In this document: piece by piece, positions 28,599 to 38,518 of the stretch | Numbering within the stretch: the stretch's first letter is position 1 | Layout: every line of letters starts with the position of its first letter | From: a virus | Reading direction: 5' to 3' (one strand) | Virus record (IMG/VR): IMGVR_UViG_3300022198_002714 | Location: 1 to 64,000 of that record | DNA: 64,000 nucleotides | Notes under the pieces: model-generated | The model's database searches: none | Told to the model about the DNA's origin: nothing | What the model saw: the letters and a program-made list of their open reading frames with translations, nothing else | Program-made: the position numbers and the translations under genes

Positions 28599-30452
28599 TC
28601 AGTATTTCAGCAGGGTATCACGTGACAGGACGCGCATGGACTTGGGCATGACCTTGAGTTGGCTCTTGACAACACCCTTGTCTTCGGGGATTTGGAGGGG
28701 TGCCTCAACGATGTAGTACTCGTCAATGAGGATGACCATGCGTTCGCTATTTCCAGCAGCCGTGTTACCGAGTGGCTTCTCAAACTCAATGACGATTTGC
28801 CCGTTTGTGGCACCGGTTTTGTGAACGCTGAACTCGGTGGCCGAGCGCATCTTGTTGAAGAACAACGGGTCGTCCACCATGACTTCAAGCGACAACTCGT
28901 AGGAGGTCTTGCCTTCAACCATCAGGGCGGTGTTGCGGCTACCACCGAAGGGTACGGCTTCATCAGCGGTACCTGAGTTCTGCGTTGAGCCGTTGATGGT
29001 GTGGAATGCCTGTATGCCGGTCTGCCCACTCAGGGTGAAGTTCAGCACCTTCCCTGCTTGCACACCGGCAATGTTGATGCTACCGTCATAGAACATGAAG
29101 GGCTTCTGCGTACCCAAACCGATGCCCGAGTTGAGGCGGTTGACATGGTTGTTGGCCGTGTCGTCAAACAGGCGGTGTGGGTCGTACCGGTCCGTGGACG
29201 TACCGGGGTTTTCCAAGCGACCCGCATCCGTGTAGCAAAGGGCCGAGTTGAAGTTGACCGCAAGACGCAGGGCAGCGTCGTTGTCGGTGGAGAGGGTAAA
29301 GTCCGTCACCTTGCAGCCACGAAACACACGGGTCAGCGTCTTGGCATCGGTCACACCACCGTCATTCACAGTATCGGCGTCCTTGTCAAGACGGCGGTGG
29401 GACACCTCAAGGCTGAACGAAGGGGTGTGCGAGCGAGCGAAAAGCAGGTGCGTCACAGGATTCGTAATCGCACACGTCGAAGCAGCAATGGAAGGTGCGT
29501 TACCCGCGTTGTACACGTGGTGACTGACTGTACGCCCCGTAGTGTGGTCGTAGGCCAACGGCTCGTCAAGGAAAATGACATTGCCTCTCTTTCCAACAAT
29601 ACGACGGATTTCATGGGGGTATGCGTTATCAAAAAGTCGGGCATCAACCGATTTGTCCCATACCGAGGTAATTGGCTCATGGTCAAGAACAACAGGCAAA
29701 GCGGTAACATCATCTTTGATATGAATGAAATTGCCAACCGCGAATGAACTTGCGTCAGCGAGCGTCACAGACGTAGCACCAACTTTCGTTTCGCCGTTCA
29801 AAGTGGACGTAGTACCGGAGTCAGGCAGCGTTGAAATCTCGTTGCCAAGGCAATACTTGAGCCATCGAGCGGTGTGCATCGCCACCTCAAAAGAACCACC
29901 TTCGGTGATGAACTTGCCCGGAACCTGCACGGCGGTATCTCGACCAAGACCGACAACGTGGTACCGCTTGAGGTCCACCTTGGTTTCAGGCAGCGTGAGT
30001 GCGGTAGCAATACCGAGGAATTGGTCGGTAAGAACATTCTCCGTAGGTCCACTACTTGCATACGCATTGTTTAGAGCGTCCACAGGCGGTGTCTTGTACG
30101 GCAGGACGTGCAATGAATGCGAGGTACCGGTACCGGCCAAAAGAGCAGGCGAAAAGTTCAGCGTATTACCGTCGTTTCCGGTGATGGTGAACACGCGACC
30201 ATCAGCAGCGTTATCCCCACTACCCACAGGTGTTTGACCGGTCAACACAAACTGAGAGCCAACAAGTATGTCTTTGGGAAACATCAATCGGTTGCTACCG
30301 TCAAAGAAAGGAGCAACACCGGACGTGAAGGTGAACGACGTATCACCTAACGCTCCCTCAAAAGAAGCATCCGTTCCATGTACGAGCGTAAAACCCGTCT
30401 CCGTTGCGAAGGAAACCTCCGCCAAATCACCCTTGTACACAGTACCCGGCAT
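28599..30452 (-). CDS. Major tail (tube) protein with inserted beta domains
   Basis: AEVSFATETGF..PSFSLEV..RVFRGCKVTDFTLS..PFMFYDGSI pattern of tail tube proteins; SD; follows the terminator. Confidence 0.7.
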   Translation of the reverse strand: MPGTVYKGDLAEVSFATETGFTLVHGTDASFEGALGDTSFTFTSGVAPFFDGSNRLMFPKDILVGSQFVLTGQTPVGSGDNAADGRVFTITGNDGNTLNFSPALLAGTGTSHSLHVLPYKTPPVDALNNAYASSGPTENVLTDQFLGIATALTLPETKVDLKRYHVVGLGRDTAVQVPGKFITEGGSFEVAMHTARWLKYCLGNEISTLPDSGTTSTLNGETKVGATSVTLADASSFAVGNFIHIKDDVTALPVVLDHEPITSVWDKSVDARLFDNAYPHEIRRIVGKRGNVIFLDEPLAYDHTTGRTVSHHVYNAGNAPSIAASTCAITNPVTHLLFARSHTPSFSLEVSHRRLDKDADTVNDGGVTDAKTLTRVFRGCKVTDFTLSTDNDAALRLAVNFNSALCYTDAGRLENPGTSTDRYDPHRLFDDTANNHVNRLNSGIGLGTQKPFMFYDGSINIAGVQAGKVLNFTLSGQTGIQAFHTINGSTQNSGTADEAVPFGGSRNTALMVEGKTSYELSLEVMVDDPLFFNKMRSATEFSVHKTGATNGQIVIEFEKPLGNTAAGNSERMVILIDEYYIVEAPLQIPEDKGVVKSQLKVMPKSMRVLSRDTLLKY

Positions 30453-30461
30453 CTTCTCACC

Positions 30462-30911
30462 TCAAGGAATCAGTTCTGCAAGTGTTACAACTTCAATCTG
30501 AAATGTCATCCGGTGCATGTGTTTGCTACGGTCTGACAGGTCGGTGCGCGTCTTGAACACCATACGGTCGAAGTTGATACCATCCCCCTTGCGCTTTGAA
30601 TGGACGAGCCGTCGTATCTCGTTCTCAAGTTTTTGCAAGTGCTTCCGTCCTTTAACCGTTCGGGCATCAACGGTGATGTTGATTCGCGTTGTCACAAAGT
30701 CGTAAAACAACTCAGGAGCCTCTTCGTTATGCGCCGTTTCGTACAGGAGAATGAAGTCGTGCTTCTGCAAGTCAAGACGCTTACCATGTTCAGGGTCCGT
30801 GGTCGTAATGTCAATCACAACAGGGCGGTAGTTGCCCGTGTTGGCGCGGTTCCAATTATCCTGAAACAACCCAACCATAACGTCGAGGCCTTCAGTCCAC
30901 GTTGCAACCAT
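30462..30911 (-). CDS. Putative tail terminator/completion protein
   Basis: 149 aa immediately before the tail tube; RINITVDART..LENEIRRLV..RMTFQIEV. Confidence 0.55.
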   Translation of the reverse strand: MVATWTEGLDVMVGLFQDNWNRANTGNYRPVVIDITTTDPEHGKRLDLQKHDFILLYETAHNEEAPELFYDFVTTRINITVDARTVKGRKHLQKLENEIRRLVHSKRKGDGINFDRMVFKTRTDLSDRSKHMHRMTFQIEVVTLAELIP

Positions 30912-31279
30912 TACCGAATCCCCTCCGTACGCTTCATCTCTTTCAGGTCACGGTAGTCAAGGGGTACAAAAAAACCATCCTTGTACTGCAATTGCTGCTC
31001 ACGAATCTGAAAGTTGGCAGCAAGCATTTGCCGGTCCACCGAATCGTTAATTGATTCAACCACCATTTCATTTGCAGGCTCACCCTCTTCGTTGATGATT
31101 TGACCCTCGATGAACTCGCAATCAGCCGCGCCTGCTTCGATGCGAAGGAACATTTCACGCATGCTCGCAGGCTCTTGGGTGAAGTATTCACGCAAGTCGG
31201 CCTGCAACTTCTTGTCTTTCATGTACATCTCGGTAAGCCCATCAACAAGAGCCATGCCTTGCTTCGTGAACTCCCTCAC
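30911..31279 (-). CDS. Hypothetical neck-region protein
   Basis: Coupled ORF between adaptor and terminator. Confidence 0.5.
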   Translation of the reverse strand: MREFTKQGMALVDGLTEMYMKDKKLQADLREYFTQEPASMREMFLRIEAGAADCEFIEGQIINEEGEPANEMVVESINDSVDRQMLAANFQIREQQLQYKDGFFVPLDYRDLKEMKRTEGIR

Positions 31280-32862
31280 TCAAACACCACCAACTCAACA
31301 TAGCGGGGCAGGGTTCGGTCAATTTCAGCCTGATACAGTTGCACCTTGCTTGCAAGGTCAATGTTCTGCGTACCTTCAGGAATCAGTACGCTGCGGTCGT
31401 CAGCCATCAGCAACTCGATGGCAACCATCTTTGTGCAAACGTCTTCAATTGCTTTTTCGATGTACCGCTCGCCATAGATGTAAGCGACCTTAATTGCGTT
31501 CCATTCAAAGAAAGGATAGGAGTTGTTGAAGTAAATGATACCCTGCTCCGGGTCAAGCCACCAATCGCGCAGACGGCCCACGTCACCGCTGCTGCTGCCG
31601 CCTTGCAGGTCCACTTGGAAGGTCTGCTGCGAGATGGTACCCGTCACGGCAGTATGGTCACCGGCCACGTCAGCGCAACCCGTGAATGTGGTTGCTGTCT
31701 TGCCCGTGTAGCGGAAGACAATGGCTCCGTTGATGGCAACACCGGCATTCACGAACCCCTCAGTCGAGTTCACCGTGATAGTCCCCGACACGGCAGAAAC
31801 CACCGTAGCCGTCCGTCCCGCCGTCTGCTCAATCACAATGTCAGACGAGGTGGACACGATGCTGCACGTTTCACCGCTCTTAACGGGGCGCATACTTGTG
31901 ATTTTGACGACTCCCGTACCAAGGTCAGCGTTCGCGCTTGCGAGGAACTCGTTGTGTACGGCGACATTGGTAGTGGAGCCTTCAAGCGTAAAAGCAGGAC
32001 TAAACGTCACCGCAGCCTTGTTCACCCTGTCTTCCTTGTTGATGAGGTCAGCAAGATTTTGAGCCGCCGTGGTCGCGTCAAAATCTCCACGCCAATTAGT
32101 ACTGCCGCTACCAACAGAAAGAGTGCCAACACTCCCGTTACCACTACTAACGTACAGACTCTTCCCACCCAAGCCCGAAACATCTGCCAATTTGATGCGG
32201 GCTTCGGCTGCTCCGATTTCACGGTAGTCGTCTCCTTGCCACAACTCAATTCGCAACACTTGTTGTACGTTACGGAACATAAGTGGGGCTGTACCTACAT
32301 AATCGGTGTAGTAGCGGCGGCGGTAGGGCTTGTACGTGTCGAAGTTGATGTACTCAGCCGTGACAAGGTAGGGTCGCCAAGCGTTGTGCGTGATGTTGTC
32401 AATCCGGTCTTGCATGCGCTGAATCACATGCTCGACCTTGGCCTTGGTCACACCACGGGTCTTGCCGTTGGTGAATGAGGCTTGGTTCTGAATGTAGCCG
32501 TTGTCAGCGACTTGGTAGTCAGCAGCCGTCAACGGGGAAGTCGTGAAGGTGATTTTGACGTGTCCCTTGCCTGCTGAGTCCCCTGCGGTACTCGCAGCGA
32601 TGGTACTGATTACCAAATCTTCGTGACCAAACGGGTCAGCATCGCTATACACCCGAACAAGGTCACCAACCTCAAAACCGTGGCTGCGGAACTCGGTCCC
32701 TGTGATGTACACGGCATCTGTGTCTGCATCAGCACTCATCAGCACCGCGTCTGCGGGTCCAATGTCGAGCAGGTCAGCGACTTTCTGAACGGTTGTGTAC
32801 ACGATTGCCGATGGGTCCAAGGGCCGAGTTTCCGGCTCACCGGGACTGAAGACAACGGGCAT
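31276..32862 (-). CDS. Head-tail adaptor/connector with insertions
   Basis: YTTVQKVADLL N-terminus; AIKVAYIYG..AIEDVCTKMVAIELL C-terminus (gp15/gp6-like adaptor pattern). Confidence 0.6.
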   Translation of the reverse strand: MPVVFSPGEPETRPLDPSAIVYTTVQKVADLLDIGPADAVLMSADADTDAVYITGTEFRSHGFEVGDLVRVYSDADPFGHEDLVISTIAASTAGDSAGKGHVKITFTTSPLTAADYQVADNGYIQNQASFTNGKTRGVTKAKVEHVIQRMQDRIDNITHNAWRPYLVTAEYINFDTYKPYRRRYYTDYVGTAPLMFRNVQQVLRIELWQGDDYREIGAAEARIKLADVSGLGGKSLYVSSGNGSVGTLSVGSGSTNWRGDFDATTAAQNLADLINKEDRVNKAAVTFSPAFTLEGSTTNVAVHNEFLASANADLGTGVVKITSMRPVKSGETCSIVSTSSDIVIEQTAGRTATVVSAVSGTITVNSTEGFVNAGVAINGAIVFRYTGKTATTFTGCADVAGDHTAVTGTISQQTFQVDLQGGSSSGDVGRLRDWWLDPEQGIIYFNNSYPFFEWNAIKVAYIYGERYIEKAIEDVCTKMVAIELLMADDRSVLIPEGTQNIDLASKVQLYQAEIDRTLPRYVELVVFE

Positions 32863-32886
32863 TCAACAACTCACCTCACGACTTCA

Positions 32887-34239
32887 TCAATAATAATCGC
32901 TACCGTCGAAATCAGGGTCTTTTAATGCGGCCCTGCAATTTTCGCAGAACTTCCATGCAGGTTCAGCCGATGAGTGAATGCTAAAGATGTGACCGCATTT
33001 TTCGCACTCTTTTTGGACGATAGGGTCAATGCCCCCAAGGTAAGGATTCCAAGATTGCTTCATCAGGCTCCAAGCGTCATTGAACGGTGTGCTACGGGTG
33101 AAGGCCTTGCCGTACATGTCATCATCACCGCCCTCGCCGGGGTCACGCATTTCAGGTATAGAGGTTTGAGATGGCATAACGTCTTCTTCCAAAAGACACT
33201 CAAGACATTTTTTTGCGTATTGTAAAGTGTACAAATCATCCTCTTGCTCAACGTAAATACCGCTTTTGCAAACCGGACAATGCGCAAAATACTCCTGACC
33301 CTGCCAATCGTAAGGTCCGAGAGGGGTTACGTTTCCATCTGCGTCGTAAGATTGTTGCCAATCTCGCTTGACAATTCTCCAAGCGTCATTGAACGGTGTG
33401 CTACGTGCGAAGGCCTTGCCGTACATGTCATCATCACCGCCCTCACCGGGGTCACGAATAGGTGGCTTCACGGTGCTACTCAAGCCAATTCTCATGTACT
33501 CAAGCACCTTTGCTTGGTCTTCAGGACTGAGTGAAGCCATCTGCGACAGGAAAGCATCGCTGCCGGTGACGGGGGGTGTCTCAGGCTCAACCTCAACAGG
33601 CTTTGGCGCACGTGCAGATGCCGACATGTCCGGCGCGGCAGGCAATTTTTCAGACAAGTTTCCTTCTTCGTCAAACAATTCCTTTGCCCCTTCAGGCATG
33701 GGGAAGCCATACGACTCAGCGTTCTTGGCCTGCGCACTATCCTGCATGGCTTGCAACTTCTTTGACTGACCTGCCTTGCCTGCGAGGGTTTGCACTTGCT
33801 TTGTGCCACTACGCATGGCGTTTTCTCGCTCAGCAGCACGCTGCTGCTTTGGCGTCATAAATGACTTGTGGTCGTCACCGGGACGATTAAACTCAGCAAA
33901 AACGTCCTCAAGGCTCTTACCCTTCATTTCTGCCTGTCTTTCAGGGTCAATGTCCATAGGGTCATTTACAAACTCAAGGTCGTGCATTTTAGGATTGGCA
34001 AGCATCTGCAACATGATGAGTTCACGAAGACGGTCAGCAGCGGGGCCGTAATTCGGGTCAGCCTGATTCGTCCAACCCATCTCACGCAACTGAGGATAGG
34101 CAATCTTGTTAGCAACACGCGACAAAGGGTGTGGCCCAAGACCTGCCTTCTTACCTCCGGTGAGGGGATAGTACACCTTTTGTCGCTGAGGTGTCATTTC
34201 ACGTCGGGCTTTGACAAGTACGTATGCCATTTTATTCAC
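32887..34239 (-). CDS. Tagged modular protein with two tags and two Zn-ribbon modules
   Basis: RDPGEGGDDDMYGKAF[AT]RSTPFNDAW twice; CPVC..CLEC and CEKC..CENC modules. Confidence 0.7.
   Translation of the reverse strand: MNKMAYVLVKARREMTPQRQKVYYPLTGGKKAGLGPHPLSRVANKIAYPQLREMGWTNQADPNYGPAADRLRELIMLQMLANPKMHDLEFVNDPMDIDPERQAEMKGKSLEDVFAEFNRPGDDHKSFMTPKQQRAAERENAMRSGTKQVQTLAGKAGQSKKLQAMQDSAQAKNAESYGFPMPEGAKELFDEEGNLSEKLPAAPDMSASARAPKPVEVEPETPPVTGSDAFLSQMASLSPEDQAKVLEYMRIGLSSTVKPPIRDPGEGGDDDMYGKAFARSTPFNDAWRIVKRDWQQSYDADGNVTPLGPYDWQGQEYFAHCPVCKSGIYVEQEDDLYTLQYAKKCLECLLEEDVMPSQTSIPEMRDPGEGGDDDMYGKAFTRSTPFNDAWSLMKQSWNPYLGGIDPIVQKECEKCGHIFSIHSSAEPAWKFCENCRAALKDPDFDGSDYY
33068..33456. repeat. 80-bp direct repeat (33068-33147 and 33377-33456, 77/80 identical), in frame, encoding the tag
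   Basis: Direct comparison of the two copies; spacing 309 nt. Confidence 0.9.
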
Positions 34240-34529
34240 AACCTGTTCTTTTCGTCTCGGTGTCCGAGGTTGTACTCCATAGGACGCTCACACGCACCAC
34301 AGGTTGCCCGCCACAGGAAGTGGAGGAACCCGCAATGCACGCACCGCGTACCTGAGCCGATGTTCAGCACATCACCGATATTTGCATTCCGGTTGCGCTG
34401 AGCCGCCGTGACGCCCGCGAGGGGGCGGTCGGTGTTGGTGACGACCGCGTTCTCAAGGTCGTACTTGACGCCCTGCTTGCCTGCGCGAACGAGGTCTTCA
34501 AGTTCGATTGAACGTGCATCAAACCCCAT
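34236..34529 (-). CDS. Zinc-ribbon protein
   Basis: RCVHCG..TCGACER; GAGGTGG SD before ATG 34529. Confidence 0.7.
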   Translation of the reverse strand: MGFDARSIELEDLVRAGKQGVKYDLENAVVTNTDRPLAGVTAAQRNRNANIGDVLNIGSGTRCVHCGFLHFLWRATCGACERPMEYNLGHRDEKNRL

Positions 34530-34540
34530 CGTACCCCACC

Positions 34541-34717
34541 TCATGTGAAGGACACGACAAGATAGATGTTTCCAAGCACCGTGATTGGTTCTGCGCTAAC
34601 GATAGAGTTGGCACCGATGGCCGCAGCAACGTCAGTAGCAACCGCTGAGTTCAACGCCGTAAGGTCGCTGAAGTCCTTGGGCGAGTATGGCCCAATCACC
34701 TTCGCTCCTTCCGCCAA
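34541..34717 (-). CDS. 58-aa small structural protein (not in ORF track)
   Basis: GAGGTGA SD then TTG; MAEGAKVIGPYSPKDFSDLTALNSAVATDVAAAIGANSIVSAEPITVLGNIYLVVSFT fills the gap between neighbours. Confidence 0.6.
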   Translation of the reverse strand: MAEGAKVIGPYSPKDFSDLTALNSAVATDVAAAIGANSIVSAEPITVLGNIYLVVSFT

Positions 34718-34728
34718 GAGGAATCACC

Positions 34729-35070
34729 TCAAGCGCGGCGACCGATGGCGAAGAAGGTCCCTGCAACGGTTGAGCCGGGAGTAGCGGGGGCAGCGCCACC
34801 ACCGTCAGGGTCAAGTTCCTTCTGAGCAGGGTACACCGTAATGGTGGTTCCGCTCACCGTAGCCACGTCGAGAAGGTTCAGGGTACCGGTACCCGTACCA
34901 TCATCTTGCGTAAAGCCCTGCTCCACCACAGACGCGGGGTTAATTGTGAACGTGTCAATGCTGCTGAAAAACGCGCTCAGGTTAATGGTCGTTTCACCGG
35001 CATCATACGAACCGGTCACAATGAAGCGGTCACCAAAAACGGTCGGTCGGGGGTCAATAGTTACTGCCAT
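34729..35070 (-). CDS. Small beta-rich virion protein (decoration-like)
   Basis: Thr/Gly-rich, ends in TFFAIGRRA; post-MCP position. Confidence 0.55.
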   Translation of the reverse strand: MAVTIDPRPTVFGDRFIVTGSYDAGETTINLSAFFSSIDTFTINPASVVEQGFTQDDGTGTGTLNLLDVATVSGTTITVYPAQKELDPDGGGAAPATPGSTVAGTFFAIGRRA

Positions 35071-35076
35071 TTATCA

Positions 35077-35418
35077 TCACTCCTGTGTTTCTTCGGTTGG
35101 TGCCGTCGGATTTAGGTGTTCCTCAACCAAGGCAAGTCCTGCCGCCTTGGTCACGTAGCCGGAATACTCCACGCCCTGTTCGTCAAGCCAATCGAGAATG
35201 TCTTTGCGGGACCATCCGGCGTCAGGCAGGCCATCGCCGCCTTCATCCACCGTGATGCCTGCATCACCCTCGATGACAAACTGACTTTCAGGGAGGTGAG
35301 TACGCCACGTGTCGAGCCACTCCTGACTGACCTCCACGGACTTATGCCGCCTGAACACGCTTGGGCCATCAGGCCTTCGCCGCTCAAACGAGCGTCCCAC
35401 GTAGGTCACGACGGGCAC
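35077..35418 (-). CDS. Protein with C-terminal HeH/LEM/SAP-like motif
   Basis: WSRKDILDWLDEQGVEYSGYVTKAAGLALV; such proteins often follow MCPs. Confidence 0.6.
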   Translation of the reverse strand: MPVVTYVGRSFERRRPDGPSVFRRHKSVEVSQEWLDTWRTHLPESQFVIEGDAGITVDEGGDGLPDAGWSRKDILDWLDEQGVEYSGYVTKAAGLALVEEHLNPTAPTEETQE

Positions 35419-35427
35419 TCAACCACC

Positions 35428-35883
35428 TCACAGTACGAGGAAGGTCACGGTACCGGCGTTGCCGACTGCGACAGTCAACTCAAGGTCACCCGTGAGGGTC
35501 ACGGAAGAGCCACCGGTTTCGCCCGTAAGAGCAACAATCTTGGTGACGGGGGTACCATCATCCGTGTCATCACCGCTGCCTGAAGCACCGGAAGACAAGG
35601 TGATGGTCACCGCCGCCGTCGTGACTGCACCGAGGTTCAGCGAAATCATTCGCAGCGAACCCGCAGCGTTACCGTCCGTGTTGCTCGCGGTAAAAGCCGC
35701 GAGGCCCGCCGCGCCACCGGGGTACGTACCCCCGGAGTTACCGCTGAGCCAACCCGTCTCACCGAGCAGCGTGCCGGTGCGCATGTCGAGGTCGAGGGCG
35801 ACCGACAACGATGCAAGGTTTGCATCAGTTGCAACCGTGTACTTGATTCCTTTGTTGTAGTATGGTCCTGCCATTTCATTCAC
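35428..35883 (-). CDS. Putative capsid decoration/cement protein
   Basis: Immediately after MCP; Gly/Thr/Ala-rich; MCP-like GC3-rich codon use. Confidence 0.55.
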   Translation of the reverse strand: MNEMAGPYYNKGIKYTVATDANLASLSVALDLDMRTGTLLGETGWLSGNSGGTYPGGAAGLAAFTASNTDGNAAGSLRMISLNLGAVTTAAVTITLSSGASGSGDDTDDGTPVTKIVALTGETGGSSVTLTGDLELTVAVGNAGTVTFLVL

Positions 35884-35913
35884 TCCTTGTTTTCAGTTTG
35901 TCTCCAATGGACC

Positions 35914-37080
35914 TCACTTCAGGTCACGGATGGAAGCGTGACCACCAAAGAAAGTGGTCCACAACTCACCCATGGTGCGGTACATGCCTTCCTGACCCAG
36001 CCTGTTGATGGCGAAGGGGTCGCCCGTCTCGATGCCGGACTCGAAGTACTGAGTCGGGATGGCGGTGGAGAAGTACAGGTAGTCCGTGTCGAGGAAGTAC
36101 ATGCGGGACAGGGTGTCCTTTGCAACGTCCTTGGAGGGGATGATGGGAATACCGTTGTAGGTCGCCACGATGAAACCGGCCTCGATACCGGGCACACCCT
36201 TCACACCGTTGTAGGTGGGGGTGACACGCTTTTCCTCAAGGAACCGCTGCTGCGACTGCAAGAGTTGCTGCAAGCGCATGAGGGTGTCGTAGCCCGTCAG
36301 GATGACCTTGGGGTTGCCACCGCGCTCCCACGTCAGGCGGAAGATTTCATCGAGGTGGTCGAGGGACAGAACACGGTCCGTACCCTTGGTACCGGAGGTG
36401 CTGACTTCGGCGTGGGACCAAGCGTTTGCGTCACGGTTAATCGAGTACATGTCTTCGTCACCGGCTTCTCCGTAGTCACCGGCTGCCCCACCAAAGTCCA
36501 TGGTGTTCGCCACGTTACCGGATGCCGTGATAGCACCCGCCGTCACACGGTCGAGCGACTCAAAGTCGTTCCCGGCAACGGTCGTCACGTCCTCGGTGAG
36601 CATCTTGTTGATGTGTTCTGCGTGGTGCTTGCCCATCTCTTCCTTCAGCACGGCGCGAATGTCACCGAGGCCGTCGTCCTTGTCAGCAAGGAACATCGCC
36701 GTCTCCGACATGTCGAAGGTGTGCGCGATGGTCTTGGGCTTCGCAGCAATGTGTTGGAAGGTCGGCTTGGTGGTGTCGGGGAGAGTCGAGTTCTCCGCGA
36801 GGCCACCGCCCTTGGCGAAGGAGGGACGCTCCGTGATGACGCGCCACCCGCTGCGCTCCCAAGGCCGCTTGGGGAGGATGGAGAAGGCGTTGAACTCTTG
36901 GTTGAGTTGGCTCCACACCTTGCGGCCATAGATGGCCTGATAGATACCCGCCGTGGTGGAGAGCATCGGTGCGTCAGCCTTCAAGAGTTCGCTGCCGGAG
37001 TAAGAGTACCCCATGGCGTTTCCTGCGCCATAGAAGTACCGCTCCATGTCGGTAATTGTCCTGATGTAGTCACGTGCCAT
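35914..37080 (-). CDS. Major capsid protein (HK97 fold)
   Basis: Follows the protease; GGLAENSTLP, GNDFESLDRV, NPKVILT, ATYNGIPII, MYFLDTDYL; strong codon bias. Confidence 0.9.
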   Translation of the reverse strand: MARDYIRTITDMERYFYGAGNAMGYSYSGSELLKADAPMLSTTAGIYQAIYGRKVWSQLNQEFNAFSILPKRPWERSGWRVITERPSFAKGGGLAENSTLPDTTKPTFQHIAAKPKTIAHTFDMSETAMFLADKDDGLGDIRAVLKEEMGKHHAEHINKMLTEDVTTVAGNDFESLDRVTAGAITASGNVANTMDFGGAAGDYGEAGDEDMYSINRDANAWSHAEVSTSGTKGTDRVLSLDHLDEIFRLTWERGGNPKVILTGYDTLMRLQQLLQSQQRFLEEKRVTPTYNGVKGVPGIEAGFIVATYNGIPIIPSKDVAKDTLSRMYFLDTDYLYFSTAIPTQYFESGIETGDPFAINRLGQEGMYRTMGELWTTFFGGHASIRDLK

Positions 37081-37106
37081 TTCATTCACTCCTTTGTTTG
37101 ATTCCT

Positions 37107-38480
37107 TCACTCACCCCGGACCGCTCGGCCCGCGAGGGTGTGAACTTCGTCCCACGACATGTTCGCAAGGTCGCCCGTGGTGGGGACCTCGACCTTCGTG
37201 GAGGACTTTGCAATGGTGGTGCCAACCGCAACGCTGCCGGTGGACAGGTTGTCGAGGCGGTCACTCAGCGACTCAATGGACTTGAGAACCTGAGCGAGAG
37301 GGGCACGCGGGTCAAAGTTGTCGCGCTCGACCTGAGCCTTGGCAATCTGCATCTCCTGAGAGAAGCGGGAAGAGAACTGCTGCTCAAGGTTGCCACGGAA
37401 GGCCTGCTCAAGAGCAGCGGCCTTGTACACTTCGTAGGCAGCCTCAATGTCGGAGTCGGAAGCCGAGGTGACGTAGGACTTGCCGAGTTGGACAGGTCCA
37501 AGGGCACCGGAGGGTTCTCGACCGCCGCCGGAGGTGAGGGCGGAGATGGCACCCGTGGAGGGGCTACCCTTCTCCTGACCGCGACCGCGAACCTGACCGG
37601 CAAAGTAGTCGGCACCGTCCACGGAGTCGGGGTTGTCAAAACCGCCCATCTGAGCCTTCGACATTTGGTCGAAGTGCAGTCGGGCCGCGTGGGTGTCAAC
37701 ACCCGCGCTCTTCAGCGTGTCTTCCATCCATGAGAGGTATTCAGCGGTGATAACGTCGCTGTATTCTCCCTTTTCCATATCTTCAGGCATGTCTTCGTCC
37801 TCCTTGTTGTCTTTTTGGGACTCTTTTTCTTCGGAGTCCTTGGACTCCTTCTTTCCTTCCTTCATGCTCTCACGGAGAGCAGGAGGAAGTTCGCCCTTTT
37901 CCATCGCATCGAGGCGGGCTTCAAGTCGGCTCATAATGTCGGTCAAATCGTTGTCTGCACTCATAGTGGTGTCCTCCTTTAAGATGCTGAACTGCGCTTC
38001 AGGGTTAATCCCCTTCTCGCAAATCGTAATCTCATGGAGTTCCATTTTGGAGATTTCCTGATAATCTCCGTGGATTGAGTCAGACTTGCGAACACGCTTG
38101 AACGCCTGACCCCCAATAGAGAAGCCACGCAAGTTGCCCTTGCGGATTTCCGCAGCAACCTCACGGGCCTTCTCAATGTCGTTGCGGAGTTGCACAACGA
38201 CGAACATGCCGGTGTCGTCACACTCAGACTTCCACATGCGACCGTTGGAGTCCACGTAGGAGTCAATGACTTCACCGACTTGAATGTTGGAGTGAGCGAG
38301 TTGCACGTTGCGGTACTTGTCGCTCTTCATAAAACCATCAAAGGCATCCTTGAGGGCACTCCGCGTAATGAGGTCGCCCTGCTTATCCACCAATTCGACG
38401 GAAGCATAGCCCGCAACCACAAGGTCAGACCCGCTCTTCAGGAGCGAGAGTCCGACTTCAGGTCGCTGAACCGTAAGCAT
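37107..38480 (-). CDS. Prohead (maturation) protease fused to scaffold region
   Basis: VAGYASVELVDKQGD, LAHSN, LRGFSIGG, LHEITIC..GINPEA (HK97-type protease); acidic coiled-coil C-terminus. Confidence 0.9.
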   Translation of the reverse strand: MLTVQRPEVGLSLLKSGSDLVVAGYASVELVDKQGDLITRSALKDAFDGFMKSDKYRNVQLAHSNIQVGEVIDSYVDSNGRMWKSECDDTGMFVVVQLRNDIEKAREVAAEIRKGNLRGFSIGGQAFKRVRKSDSIHGDYQEISKMELHEITICEKGINPEAQFSILKEDTTMSADNDLTDIMSRLEARLDAMEKGELPPALRESMKEGKKESKDSEEKESQKDNKEDEDMPEDMEKGEYSDVITAEYLSWMEDTLKSAGVDTHAARLHFDQMSKAQMGGFDNPDSVDGADYFAGQVRGRGQEKGSPSTGAISALTSGGGREPSGALGPVQLGKSYVTSASDSDIEAAYEVYKAAALEQAFRGNLEQQFSSRFSQEMQIAKAQVERDNFDPRAPLAQVLKSIESLSDRLDNLSTGSVAVGTTIAKSSTKVEVPTTGDLANMSWDEVHTLAGRAVRGE

Positions 38481-38518
38481 TGTCTCCCCAATCCCTTGTT
38501 ATAGTACATAAAGTGCTA

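Noticed and set aside
28599-30452. Contractile tail sheath
   Set aside because: Motifs fit a tube protein enlarged by insertions; no separate tube gene or baseplate J-like gene was recognised.
31339-32478. 379-aa + strand ORF (also 24423-25283, 29001-29747 and similar)
   Set aside because: Antisense shadows of well-supported - strand genes.
35887-37101. 404-aa + strand ORF antisense to the MCP
   Set aside because: Shadow ORF produced by the strong codon bias of the MCP; no recognisable motifs.
38490-38518. TATA-like TTTATGTA upstream of the protease (similar T-rich words near 48815 and 55925)
   Set aside because: Plausible archaeal promoters, but there is no consistent consensus to support a call.
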